64,000 nucleotides of DNA, taken from NCBI GenBank assembly GCA_965204345.1, contig OZ241981.1:1536001-1600000 (forward strand), written 5' to 3'. Source of the stretch: Nitrosopumilus sp. Its GTDB lineage: Archaea; Thermoproteota; Nitrososphaeria; Nitrososphaerales; Nitrosopumilaceae. The translations under genes and the position numbers were made by a program. Under the pieces are notes generated by a model, which made no database searches, had not been told where the DNA came from, and worked only from the letters and a program-made list of their open reading frames with translations. Every line of letters starts with the position of its first letter. Position 1 is the stretch's first letter. This document shows, one piece after another, positions 1 to 10,800 of this stretch.

Positions 1-679
1 ATATTCGATTGCATCGCACGCAGAAAACAGGGATTATTTTGAATTTGTAATTAGATGGGTAAGAAAACCGCTGCCAGGCCGTGTAACGACTGAATTATTC
101 TATCTGAGCGTTGGCGATGAGGTATCTCTTGGAGATCCAACCGGAGCTGCATTACAAATCAGTGACAAGTTACCTGACGGAGAAAAAGACAACAGAAGAA
201 TAATCTGTGTGGGTGGGGGCACAGGACTGGCACCGTTTATTGCATTTGCAAAACACTTTCACGATACAGATGACAAGCGAGAAATAATCGTATTGCATGG
301 CGCAAGTTACGTAGATGAGTTAAGCTACAAGCGTCTTTTAACGGATTTGGAATTAGAAAGTGAAAAAAGAGGAAGGGATCAATGGAACTTTAGATACAGA
401 GCTGCAATAAGCAGGCCAAAGGAATTTTTCAACAGATCATGGTCTGGTCATGTAGGCAGGGTAGAGTCATTTTTCAAGCCTGATAAGAAATCAGGGCTGT
501 CCCCGGTAGAGGAAATGGTGGGAGAAGAGCTTACTCCGGAAAATTCAATCATATACATTTGTGGATACCAAGGAACAATTGACGGTGTAATTGAACACCT
601 TGGTCCAAAGGGATTTGTTACAGAGCATGAAAAAAAACCGGACGGAAGTTTTGGAATAAAGTTCGAGTCGTACGGATAG
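1..679 (+). CDS. Ferredoxin-NADP+ reductase family FAD/NAD(P)-binding oxidoreductase (5' end outside window)
   Basis: Frame open from window start (YSIASH...); GGGTGLAPF and ICG motifs, C-terminal FESYG; paralog at 31973. Confidence 0.9.
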   Translation, partial: YSIASHAENRDYFEFVIRWVRKPLPGRVTTELFYLSVGDEVSLGDPTGAALQISDKLPDGEKDNRRIICVGGGTGLAPFIAFAKHFHDTDDKREIIVLHGASYVDELSYKRLLTDLELESEKRGRDQWNFRYRAAISRPKEFFNRSWSGHVGRVESFFKPDKKSGLSPVEEMVGEELTPENSIIYICGYQGTIDGVIEHLGPKGFVTEHEKKPDGSFGIKFESYG

Positions 680-810
680 GAACCTTTGATAAACTAACTG
701 CTGATCTTCATTTCTGGGAATTTCAATTGTTTTAGGTCAGGTTATCACACTTGTAAATGATTTTAGAATACACCTGTGGATTTTTATATTGAGTATATTT
801 TCCCCAAAGT

Positions 811-978
811 ATGGTCAAACTCAAGTGTAGTGATTATGGATTTGAGTGTGACTTTGTATCTGATGGGGAGCTGGAGACTGTGCTAGATGATTTTAGAAAT
901 CATACAGAAGAAGAGCATGGAATAGATTACTCTAAAGAAGCAGTCATGCAGTTTATCCTAAGAAAACAGAAATTATAA
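811..978 (+). CDS. Small DUF1059-like metal-binding protein (55 aa)
   Basis: Read manually: MVKLKCSDYGFECDFVS...FRNHTEEEHG; Cys/Cys/His/His pattern like ORF 50624. Confidence 0.75.
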   Translation: MVKLKCSDYGFECDFVSDGELETVLDDFRNHTEEEHGIDYSKEAVMQFILRKQKL

Positions 979-983
979 TAAAA

Positions 984-2072
984 CTAGGCATCCAGCTTTC
1001 TCATTCTAGCAGATAAAACCGGAAGTTCCTTGTCTATGATTTTTTCCACGGCAGGCACAAGTCCGGCCCTTGCCTTGACACTTTCCTCATAAAGCTCCGT
1101 AATTTGATCTCTGAATAATAACTTGATTCCGGGAAGCGCAGTTATGCCCTCATCAACAGTCCTTGGATCAGATAAATCCAGAATTAAGGTGCCTTTTTTC
1201 TTTTCTTCCATCACTAGCTTGATCCTATCAAATGTAATCAAAAAGTAATCAGAAGTAGTTGCAACAAAAATTATGTCATATTTATCAAATCCTGCCAATA
1301 CATCGTTAAAATCCACAGGAGTACCGCCAAGAATGGTTGTAAACCCGGTAGCACGCCCAATACTTCTGCTTGTGACATCAAAGGCAACCTCCTTTTTATT
1401 CAGAGTCTTTGCAAGCATTGCGGCAGGCTCACCGGTACCAATTACGAGCACCTTTTTCTTGGAATCCAGACCCGCCTTTTCATCAACAAGCTTTACTGCA
1501 ACATCACCCAAAGAAATCACATTTTTTGAGATTCCTGTGGTATCCCTCATTCGTATGGCAAGTCTGATCACACTGTCAAATAATTTATTGAGAATGTTTC
1601 CAGATACTCCTGCATCCTTTGCTTTTGCTAGGGATTGTACAATCTCATCAAAGACTTCCTGTTTGCCGACTACTACAGAATCCAGACCCGATGCCAATCG
1701 CAGCAAATGCAAATAGACGTCATCGCCTTTGTAGACTTCAAGCGTTTGATCAAAATGATCAATATCAATTTGCTCTAACGAGGATAAAGACACCCATGTG
1801 TCTTTTATTTTGTTTAACACAAGCGTTTTTCCCTCTTCCCTTCTAGCGTCTGGAGAGTCATCAGTTTCAACATTGCTAACAGTGAATATTTCGACCCTGC
1901 TTGCCGTCTGGATAATAATACATTCATCAACACCGGGAATTTTTTTGAATTCCTCGCATGCTGCATTGACATCCTTGAAGGTAAATTTGGAGAGTGTGTG
2001 CAGAGGAATATTTTTGAAAGTTACCCTGGCATTCATTACATCAAAAGATACGCGGCCCAAAACATCACCCAT
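984..2072 (-). CDS. hemA: Glutamyl-tRNA reductase-like protein (atypical, catalytic Cys absent)
   Basis: LASGLDSVVVG, VIGTGE, LILDLSDPR motifs; TASRVE in place of TCNRxE. Confidence 0.8.
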   Translation of the reverse strand: MGDVLGRVSFDVMNARVTFKNIPLHTLSKFTFKDVNAACEEFKKIPGVDECIIIQTASRVEIFTVSNVETDDSPDARREEGKTLVLNKIKDTWVSLSSLEQIDIDHFDQTLEVYKGDDVYLHLLRLASGLDSVVVGKQEVFDEIVQSLAKAKDAGVSGNILNKLFDSVIRLAIRMRDTTGISKNVISLGDVAVKLVDEKAGLDSKKKVLVIGTGEPAAMLAKTLNKKEVAFDVTSRSIGRATGFTTILGGTPVDFNDVLAGFDKYDIIFVATTSDYFLITFDRIKLVMEEKKKGTLILDLSDPRTVDEGITALPGIKLLFRDQITELYEESVKARAGLVPAVEKIIDKELPVLSARMRKLDA

Positions 2073-2878
2073 TATGCGCTAATTTTATCCCGTCCGCCCT
2101 TGGCTGTTCTAAAAACATTCATACCGATATAGAAATTCTCATGCAATGATTCCAAATAAGTAATCTCATTCTTTGTGTCCTGAATTTCTTTCTCAGTGGC
2201 ATCAGGATCGTCTTTTAATTGTTTTAATTTCTGCCTAGTCTCCTCTAAAAATGAGCTAACGCCACGTTCATAATTTGAAACGCCCTCAAATTCGGGACTA
2301 AGAACATTTTCTGGAACATAGGCAGGAGTCTGATCCTGCGGGATCTCTGCCTTTCTTGTAAGCGATTCTTGCTCATCTGCAGAAAGTATGGGTCTTGGAA
2401 ATCTGTCTTTTTTATCTAGGAAGAATTCCGGCTCGCCCATATCACGTCTGAAAATTTCTTCACCCTGTCTTTTGAAAGTATGATCAGACTTTTTGGTCGC
2501 ATCTGCCTTAACTTCAGCAGCAATTGCTTTGTATTCTTCCTCGGCTGCTGCCTCTGCCTGTTCTTTAGCTGCCTTTGCTTTTGCAAGGGCCTCTTTGACT
2601 GCACGTTCGGCCTCTTCTACGGCCTTGGCAGCGGCTTCTGCCTTTAATGTCGCATCCTCAGCCGCTTTTGCATCATCAGCTGTTTTTTCAGCCGCTTTTG
2701 CAGTTGCATCCTCAGCCGCTTTTGCATCTTCAGCTGCTTTTTCAGCCGCTTTTGCAGTTGCATCCTCAGCCGCTTTTGCATCCTCAGCCGCTTTTGCAGT
2801 TGCATCCTCAGCCGCTTTTTCAGAGGCTGAATCTTTAGTTGGTTTTACTTTAGACTCTTTTTTCTCTTCAGACAACAA
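2072..2878 (-). CDS. Ala/Lys/Glu-rich repeat protein with non-repetitive C-terminal region
   Basis: 268-aa ORF with repeated AKAAEDAT units; stop overlaps the start of the hemA-like gene. Confidence 0.7.
   Translation of the reverse strand: MLSEEKKESKVKPTKDSASEKAAEDATAKAAEDAKAAEDATAKAAEKAAEDAKAAEDATAKAAEKTADDAKAAEDATLKAEAAAKAVEEAERAVKEALAKAKAAKEQAEAAAEEEYKAIAAEVKADATKKSDHTFKRQGEEIFRRDMGEPEFFLDKKDRFPRPILSADEQESLTRKAEIPQDQTPAYVPENVLSPEFEGVSNYERGVSSFLEETRQKLKQLKDDPDATEKEIQDTKNEITYLESLHENFYIGMNVFRTAKGGRDKISA
2652..2822. repeat. Tandem 18/21-bp coding repeats (gcatcctcagccgcttttgca variants)
   Basis: Directly visible. Confidence 0.85.
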
Positions 2879-3001
2879 ATTTCACTAAAATTCCCTGAAT
2901 TTTAATATTTTTGTGAGACAGTTAAATGACATCGTTTAGAGGATATGTTATGTTGTTCTGATCGGCTACAAAATGATTCTAAATATTGAAAATGAAAATA
3001 A

Positions 3002-3020
3002 TGGCACCCTCGGTGGGATT
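3002..3020 (-). repeat. att-like remnant of the tRNA-Asp 3' end
   Basis: tggcaccctcggtgggatt vs tggcgccctcggcgggatt (17/19). Confidence 0.8.
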
Positions 3021-3917
3021 CAATATTTTTGTTTAAATCCCCAAACTATGATTACGTATAAAAAAATTCATTTAAATCGATTTTTGTACTTTATCAATTC
3101 AGATCGTCATCATTAAATCTACTTCTACTCATTGCACTAAAGCCTGTAATTGGTCAAACTCCACTAAGTTTGGTTTTCATTTTGTGGATCTTTTACTTTG
3201 AATTATTGGATTTAGCGCAGAACTACGCTCTCATCACTGATTTTTACTTAAAAAGAAACCATTCATTTTCAATAAATACAATCTAAAAAGCATGTTTTGT
3301 TGGAATTACACCTTTTCTTCACCTTTGGTTTTAGTAGCAACATCAATTGTTATGGGTTCTGCTGTAGATGTAACAATATCAACTGCATATGCACACAAAT
3401 CAACGGGTATGGGATTACTCACACTCCAAGTAATTTCACCAACAGTATTTATTTCAAAATTCAGATGTGGATAAGCATTTGCAAATATTTTTTGATATTA
3501 TGGAATTAATTCCATATTTGATTCGTCTATAGTAATTAATAATACAGAAGAATCCATTGAACCAACTAGCTGTTCCTCCAAGCTTTTCATATTTAGGACA
3601 TGATGGTTCTTTTTTATTTTTCAATTTATTTTTACAATGTATACATCGATAAAAAGATCAAGTCTAATTTTCTAATCGAAGATTCTAAAGACTATGCAGC
3701 ATTTTGTAACTCTTTTTTGGAGAGATCATCAGAATTATCATTTTGAACACAACAATGAATAACATTTGTTTCTCTCTCACGTAAAACAACAATCTTAATT
3801 TTTGAGATTAATTTGGCATTATCCACTATGTCATCTATTTCATGATCAAATGGATTATCCTATTGATGAGGTGACAATTAAAAAGAATTAAGAGATATAG
3901 GATTTAAACAAAGCTGA

Positions 3918-3939
3918 TGGCACTCTCAGCGGAATTTGA
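3918..3939 (-). repeat. att-like remnant of the tRNA-Asp 3' end
   Basis: tggcactctcagcggaatttga vs tggcgccctcggcgggatttga (18/22), preceded by ggatttaaacaaa as near the tRNA. Confidence 0.7.
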
Positions 3940-3957
3940 TGCTTTCAAGTCGGCCCT

Positions 3958-4059
3958 CTGGATGGATTGCACCTGAAATTTCTATTGGATTAGGGGGGGG
4001 GAAAACCCTGCATCGCCTTTCAAACCCTGGATGGATTGCACCTGAAATTTCTATTGGAT
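3958..4059. repeat. 33-bp direct repeat pair (3958-3990, 4027-4059) around a 36-bp spacer
   Basis: ctggatggattgcacctgaaatttctattggat occurs twice. Confidence 0.9.
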
Positions 4060-4480
4060 AAATTGGTTTTTGACAAGCAAAACTAAGAAATTTTTGGATA
4101 TTTGATAATTTCTCTTGAAATTCAAAAATGATCTTGATTCGTTAAATTCCATACTCAATACTATTCTCTAACGAATTTCTTACTTTTTCTCCCCAATATA
4201 TTCAAAATGAGAGTCATTCCAAAGAAAATAGATAATGAGAATTTCTCACCAAGTTCAAATTTAATTTCTTTAGGTTGAATATGTTTGATATTAAAAACAT
4301 CTTTTTTTATTTGTTCAATACCTACATCAAATCCTGACAATCTTCCTACTCATCAAAATATGTTAGATGTGAATTAACCTAAGAGTAATTTTACCACAGC
4401 CCTCTGCATAGCATGGGTATTGTATGTAGAACTATCAGAAATAAAGTATAAGCATTACAAAGGCAGGAAAAATGTCCATA
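4050..4480 (-). pseudogene. Decayed ORF, possibly an ApeA-like (HEPN) N-terminal domain
   Basis: Fragments YFDE*/GRLSGFDV and IQKFLSFACQKPIYP broken by stops and frameshifts. Confidence 0.35.
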
Positions 4481-4510
4481 AGTTATCGCATCTCGGTGGT
4501 TATTGATGGC

Positions 4511-6358
4511 TTAGAATAGTCGTTTCTGACTTCTTTCTATATTTTTCATGCCTATTTTCTTTTTCCTTGATTTTTTGCTCTTTTTAGTTTTCTTGGATGC
4601 TTTTGAGACAATTTTTTCTTCCTTTGATTTATCCAGATTTAGTTTTGGTTGTTTACCCCATACCATCTTTTCTAGCTCTGCTCTCAATCTCATCGTCTCG
4701 ATTGAGACAGTTGTTACTTTTCGTAACAGATCTATCACATGTTCCTTATGATCTGCAAATTTGTACGTGTTGAATTTTTTCCTAATTTTGGGATCATCAC
4801 ACGATTTGGCGTGGATCATGTTTTTGGATTCTTTGTAGAATTCCAGAATCCATTCCAGTGCACACCTTGAGCTGAACTTGTATCTGAGGGCATCGTCTGG
4901 TATGTCTTCCAACATGGTCTGTTCATCTATTACTATTTTTGATAGTTTGTCCTCTTCCTTGGATTTCTTTAGACTTAATTTGACGCGGTTTTTCTTGGTT
5001 TTTTTGTCAGTTCGCTTTAGAGGATATGGTTTAGCACTTTCGAATCCAACATGAAGATCATAGAGTTTTTTGCCTATCCCAACCCATTCCATGAAATTTT
5101 CTGCCAAGGGTATTCTCGGGAATTTTCGTTGCAGATTGAACATATATTTTTCTGAATATTTTGGGTCATTGAATATGGCATATGTGTAATAGAATATGTC
5201 CTCATAAGTTATTTTACTACTTTTGTAATATGTTTGAAATAATTTTAAACCAAACTCTGTGATATTACTGTATCGTTTATTATTATCTCCATACATGTAA
5301 AGTGGAATACATTGTGCGCCAGGAATACAATCGTTTGAAGTTATTTTATTCGTTGCCAATGTTTGAAATAATATGTTAGTTTTTGGATTTACAAAACATA
5401 TTATCTTATTTGAATTTTGATCTGGAAATATCTGCGGAAATTTTCTTAACCAATCGATTATTATTTTGTCAAAGTATTGATATTTTACTACGAACGGTCT
5501 ATACATTGTCTTTTGAATATTTGTTTTGGTGTAAGATAAGCGATTACCGCGCAATAAATGATTTAATCCGCCTCTAGTCCATTTTATTGTTTTGTCTATC
5601 TCTTTCCCAATTTCTTTTACAGACTTTGTTGTATTTTCATATGTAACAATTTGACGATTATAAAATGTGAAAAAATATTTGATTTTATTTTCTAATCTTT
5701 TTTTATCAAAACTATATACCCAATCGTCTTTGGATGACATCGTTCCCATTGAAAGCAATTCAAACAGGGAATTCTCATCATACGCCACAGGAACCAACTC
5801 ATCAAAATCATTATTGGTCTGGTTAAGCCAATTAGCCTCCTTGTCAGGCATTATTTGCCTTAGTGATAGTGTAGAAAGCGAGTTGTCCGCAAGCCATTTG
5901 AGCTTCTCTTCTCTTTTCATATCGTCATCGACTTGTGTATAATAGATCTTAGATACCTTTTCACCAGTTTTAATAAAGAAGGAGATTGTGATGCCTATCT
6001 TCGCTTTACTTCCAAATACTTTTCCACCTTGTTTTCTCCAATTGGTTACATTTTGATTTCCTTTTAAATTTACAGTATAGATGTAATCAAATTCCTCATA
6101 TACTGCTCTCCTAAAACCGTCATCTGACTTTGCATCAAGAAAAGAATTATTGCTAATAAACACAACCATGCCATTTTTCTTGATACGCTCACTTGACCAC
6201 TTAAGAAACCGTTTGTACATGTCATACTTGGTGCTACCTTTTTTCACATTGGTATTGCTCCAAGTCTTTTCGATTTTTTGGTCAATGTCAGGATATTTGT
6301 CTGCAGGGTTAGCATCATTGAAGGATACCTGTATCGCGTTGTACGGCGGGTTTCCCAA
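4511..6358 (-). CDS. Truncated alternative C-terminal cassette (motif IV onward plus TRD) of the Type ISP/IIG-like methyltransferase
   Basis: Starts at (L)GNPPYN, lacks SAM-binding motif I; block-wise near-identical to the C-terminal part of 11252..14413. Confidence 0.9.
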   Translation of the reverse strand: MGNPPYNAIQVSFNDANPADKYPDIDQKIEKTWSNTNVKKGSTKYDMYKRFLKWSSERIKKNGMVVFISNNSFLDAKSDDGFRRAVYEEFDYIYTVNLKGNQNVTNWRKQGGKVFGSKAKIGITISFFIKTGEKVSKIYYTQVDDDMKREEKLKWLADNSLSTLSLRQIMPDKEANWLNQTNNDFDELVPVAYDENSLFELLSMGTMSSKDDWVYSFDKKRLENKIKYFFTFYNRQIVTYENTTKSVKEIGKEIDKTIKWTRGGLNHLLRGNRLSYTKTNIQKTMYRPFVVKYQYFDKIIIDWLRKFPQIFPDQNSNKIICFVNPKTNILFQTLATNKITSNDCIPGAQCIPLYMYGDNNKRYSNITEFGLKLFQTYYKSSKITYEDIFYYTYAIFNDPKYSEKYMFNLQRKFPRIPLAENFMEWVGIGKKLYDLHVGFESAKPYPLKRTDKKTKKNRVKLSLKKSKEEDKLSKIVIDEQTMLEDIPDDALRYKFSSRCALEWILEFYKESKNMIHAKSCDDPKIRKKFNTYKFADHKEHVIDLLRKVTTVSIETMRLRAELEKMVWGKQPKLNLDKSKEEKIVSKASKKTKKSKKSRKKKIGMKNIERSQKRLF

Positions 6359-6362
6359 GACC
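6056..6362. repeat. 307-bp perfect inverted repeat, left arm (partner 12550-12856)
   Basis: Reverse complement matches ggtcttgggaaacccgccgtac...aatttaaaaggaaat. Confidence 0.95.
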
Positions 6363-6366
6363 TGTC

Positions 6367-7530
6367 TTAATGGTGTGTGAGTATAGCCAGAATGCAGTCA
6401 ATCTGCTTCGGTGTAGCCTGATCTATCATCTCTTGTATTCGTTGCTTTTGCTCCAATTTGGGAATCTCACTAACTTGATCCAGATATTTCTCAGATCGTG
6501 CAAAAGCATTACTCATCTCGTTTACTAGAATTACAGGAAGTATTCCCTTGTTTGTAGTATATCTTGATTCTATGGTTCCTTTGTGTCCCATAAAGAAGGT
6601 ACGAAAATCATGTGCCATCTTTCCACGAGATTCTGCGATTAACAGTTGTGTATCAAAATATGCACGTAATACATAAGGCCTCCATGTAAATTTTGGTCTG
6701 AAAGTCTGACGTATTCTATCGCTTATGCGCTGTGTTGGAAGGAATGCCTTTTTTGATCTACGCCAAGTGTGTGTTGCTCGGTGGTCATTTGGAGATATTA
6801 CCGGTGAGTGTCCACACAGATCCTCCCCACATGCCAGCCTGTCGTTTAGATACGTCACAAGATGTTCTGTTGCAGATCTTGTGGAAAATGTAAAGTATTG
6901 ATGTCCAGCTTTTGACAGCTCACGTCTTACTATGATTTTATTTGGTAACTGATTGCACTTTACTTTCCCATGACATATTGTAATATCTGGAAGATCTCTT
7001 ATCTGTAAACCATCAGTTCCTCTATAGTTTCCAATTACTCCCGGTCTTAGACCTGATTTAGCCATCAGAGAAATCATTACAGATTCCCTCAAATCGGTTT
7101 TACGGTATATGTCTAACATCTCACTTGCATCTGGCACTCGTTCGTTCTGTAATGTAGGGGAAAAACCGAGTGATGCTACTCTTACTTTCCTTCTTACCAT
7201 TACGTCAAAATGTCTGAACCATGATTTTACGGTGTTTATATGATCTTCAATGTAACCGGGAGAATAATTGTGAGATTCCATCATTGTTATATGATCCTCC
7301 AGTAGATCGGTTGCAGTTCTTAGATCATTTACCGCTAGATCTGCAAGATGTGCAGGGTTAGTATGGTGCATCTCGCAGAACCTTCCCAGCTTTCGAAGAC
7401 GTCCTTCAGCTGTAAGCGGACTTCCACGTACCATGTTGTCATACCATCTTTTGACATCTTGATCCTGAAGCAGTTTAGATTTTTTGTGTTTGATTGAGCT
7501 AGCTTTTGTACATGATTTGTGAGTTGTCAT
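6367..7530 (-). CDS. Tyrosine recombinase / site-specific integrase (candidate invertase)
   Basis: SGLRP (R), YVLRAYFDT (HxxR equivalent), FMGH, ESRY (catalytic Y). Confidence 0.88.
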   Translation of the reverse strand: MTTHKSCTKASSIKHKKSKLLQDQDVKRWYDNMVRGSPLTAEGRLRKLGRFCEMHHTNPAHLADLAVNDLRTATDLLEDHITMMESHNYSPGYIEDHINTVKSWFRHFDVMVRRKVRVASLGFSPTLQNERVPDASEMLDIYRKTDLRESVMISLMAKSGLRPGVIGNYRGTDGLQIRDLPDITICHGKVKCNQLPNKIIVRRELSKAGHQYFTFSTRSATEHLVTYLNDRLACGEDLCGHSPVISPNDHRATHTWRRSKKAFLPTQRISDRIRQTFRPKFTWRPYVLRAYFDTQLLIAESRGKMAHDFRTFFMGHKGTIESRYTTNKGILPVILVNEMSNAFARSEKYLDQVSEIPKLEQKQRIQEMIDQATPKQIDCILAILTHH

Positions 7531-7880
7531 ACATATGGGTTTTAAACTAGCAACTTAATTCCGTTACCCAAGAAATTACTCTCTGTTTATAAAAAAACAT
7601 CACGCAACATGCATATTAGAATCATTATTGCTGTTTGATATCCACCCAAACCCATATGACCTCAGAATATCGTTTATCCCACACAAGATTTGTTTGTCTA
7701 TACACGACTATGCAAGAATTGAACTCCCAATAGGTGAACATATTAAGAATTATCCGCCAAAGAAAAAATAACCATGATAGTCAACAGAAGGCCAACGTCA
7801 TTCACATCACAAGGCATGCCAAAAAAATACAAAATATCTGTTGAAATGTTGAGATTAAAAAGGAGGCCATATAACCTAAA

Positions 7881-10800
7881 ATGAGTAATATGTCTGATGA
7901 AGAATGTCACATAGACAACGAAGACATAATAGACAATGAACATCACATACTCATCGATCATCTTCGTTCTGCCTTGCCAGAAACCAAGAGAGCAAGTATT
8001 GCTGTAGGTTATTTTTTCATCTCGGGATTTTCTGAAATTATGGACAGCTTAGCAAGAATAGAGAACAGTGAAGATCCAAACGACATGATACGCCTGCTAA
8101 TATCCCCCACCACAAACCGTGCTACAGCTGAGGCTCTACTTGCTAGCAATGAGAATTTGGATTCCGTTCGAAAAAATATATCAGTAAAAGAAACCACTGA
8201 TGAGCAGGAAGTAGGAATCATGAAAGACCAAGTGAAAAAAACTTTGGAATACATGCCTCAGACAACAAAAGATCAAGTAGCTGCCAAAAAGATCAGAGAA
8301 TTAATTCAAAAGAAAAAGCTACAGGTAAAGGTATACACCAGAGAACAACTACATGCAAAAGCATACATCTTTGAGCTTGATAACACCATAGCTCCACGGA
8401 TGGCAATAGTTGGATCCAGCAATCTTTCAATATCTGGAATAAAGGAACATACTGAATTAAATTTAAAGACCAAGAATGATGCAAATGTCAAAGGTCTGCT
8501 ACAGTGGTTTGATTGTCATTGGAATGATAAAAGTTGTAAGGAATTTACAGAAGAGATTGCAGATATTTTAGATCGATCATGGACAGGCAATGACAACACT
8601 CCTGAAGATGTATACGGCAAGGCATCCTTGTATGAACATGAAAAATTAATAGGTCATGGAGTTGACGGTGAGTCTAATGGAACTAAGGAACTGTTTGACT
8701 TTCAAAATAAGGCTGTCAGTGAGGCACTTACAAAACTCGATAATTACAATGGCGTGATCATTGCAGATGTGGTTGGCACAGGCAAGTCATATATTGGTAG
8801 TGAGATACTGAAGCGTCTCAAGGATTATCAACACGCAAAACCTTTGGTGATCTGTCCTCCACATCTAATTGAAATGTGGAGAAATCTTTTGCGCGATTTT
8901 GACATTTATGGAGAAGTAGAATCCAGATTTAAAATAGGTATGGATGATAATGTGTTACGTCGTTATACACATTGTGATGTGATACTGATAGATGAGAGCC
9001 ATAACTTTAGACATCACGATACCAATGCATATCAAGCACTGTCTGCATTTATGGAAGAAAAGACCGATGAGGCAAAAATGATAATGCTTACTGCCACACC
9101 AATATCCAACACCATACACGATCTTAAAAACCAGCTAAAGCTATTTCCTACAGAGGGTGTTGAAAGAATACCGCCTGTTGGATCTACCAAATTGGATGAG
9201 TACTTTAAAGGACTAGAAAGTGCAACCAGAGAGGTCAGTCCAGAAGGGGTAATCAAGATCCAAGAACTGTTAAAACATGTACTAATACGCAGAACTCGAA
9301 CCCAGATCATAAAAAAATACGCAAAACGTGATGGTAATAGATATTATATGGACATGAAAGAAGGACGTAAATATTTTCCAAAACGAAAGCTGCAAAATCC
9401 AGAGGAATATGATGCAGATAAGGTATACAACAATGCCTTTGCACAGATAGAAAATGCAATAGAATCACTTCATCTAGCAAGATATGTTCCAGGAAAATAT
9501 ATCAAAGATGAATTTCTCACAGATACAAGATATGCTGATCTTGTAAACATCTCAAGACCAATGTCTGGCATAGTCAGAACATCCCTACTGAAACGAATGG
9601 AAAGCAGCCTAAAGGCCTTTGATACTAGTATCAACAACTACCAGAAAGGATACAGACTATTTAAAAAACAATTAGAGAAGGGTAGAATTCCAATTGGAAA
9701 GGAATTCAAGGATGTAATATACAAAAAGATGGATGATGATTATGATGACAAAGATTATGATGAAGATATTGCAAACATCAAATCAAAATATGATATCAAG
9801 GCATTTGATGTGGATTTGTGGAAAAAAGAGATTGATGAGGATCTTAGCAAGTTTGCTGAAATTGTAGGCCATCTACGAGGTGAGGAATTTACAAAACGAG
9901 ATGACAAACTTCACAAGCTCCGAGATCTGATCAAAGACAAGGATGAAAAGATCTTAATATTCTCAGAATCAGCAGAAACTGTCAAATACATTTATGATTA
10001 CCTGAAAGATGAGCTCCCAAAAGATAGAAAGATAGAAAAGATTGACTCCAAGGTGGATCAAAAGACAAAAACATCGCTAGTGGAGAGATTTGATCCCAAG
10101 AACAACAATGCGGCTGATAAAATACCCGAAAACAAAGAGATTGACATACTGGTAAGCACTGATGTTTTATCAGAAGGAGTAAATCTGCATGCTGGCAAAA
10201 CCGTAATCAACTATGACTTTCACTGGAATCCGGTACGACTCATTCAAAGAGTCGGAAGACTGGACAGGATTGGTTCAGAGCATCCGATAATCGATATTTT
10301 CAATTTTCTACCTACAACAAAAATTGACATAGCACTATCATTACAGGAAAGAGTATCTGAAAAAATTAGAACAATTCGTAGAATAATTGGTTCTGACCAA
10401 CAAATATTGGTGGCAACAGAAGACATTGATGAAAAAGGCATATCGCCAATATACAATCCTGATGACAATGATGACATATCAGATCCAGAGATACAGAGTG
10501 GCATTTTCGACATAGAGGAAACAGATTCTGAAAAACATGCAGATGATATAAGCCAAGATAAGGAGAAGAAAAATTATTTTGACAATTTACCGTTTGGAAT
10601 AAGGGCAGTAACTGGTTCAGACAAGCTCATAATAGCATGCGAGGCAGAAGGATCAATTTTGGATCAAGACGGAAGGGGTAATCTCGGTACAGCATTTAGA
10701 AAGCATTATGAAATAACAAAAAATGGAAATCTGAATTCCATAACTCCATCATCTTTTCTCAAACAGATTGGTAACAACATCAACCATACAGGAAAATGTG

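Noticed and set aside
3292-3509. Plus-strand 60-70 aa ORFs
   Set aside because: More likely shadows of a decayed minus-strand gene fragment (...NAYPHLNFEINTVGEITW...)
3958-4059. CRISPR array
   Set aside because: Only two repeats, no cas genes in the window, and no typical GAAAC-type repeat end
4511-6358. Independent functional methyltransferase
   Set aside because: Lacks SAM-binding motif I; the TTG start corresponds to an internal Leu codon and lies 9 bp from the recombinase stop
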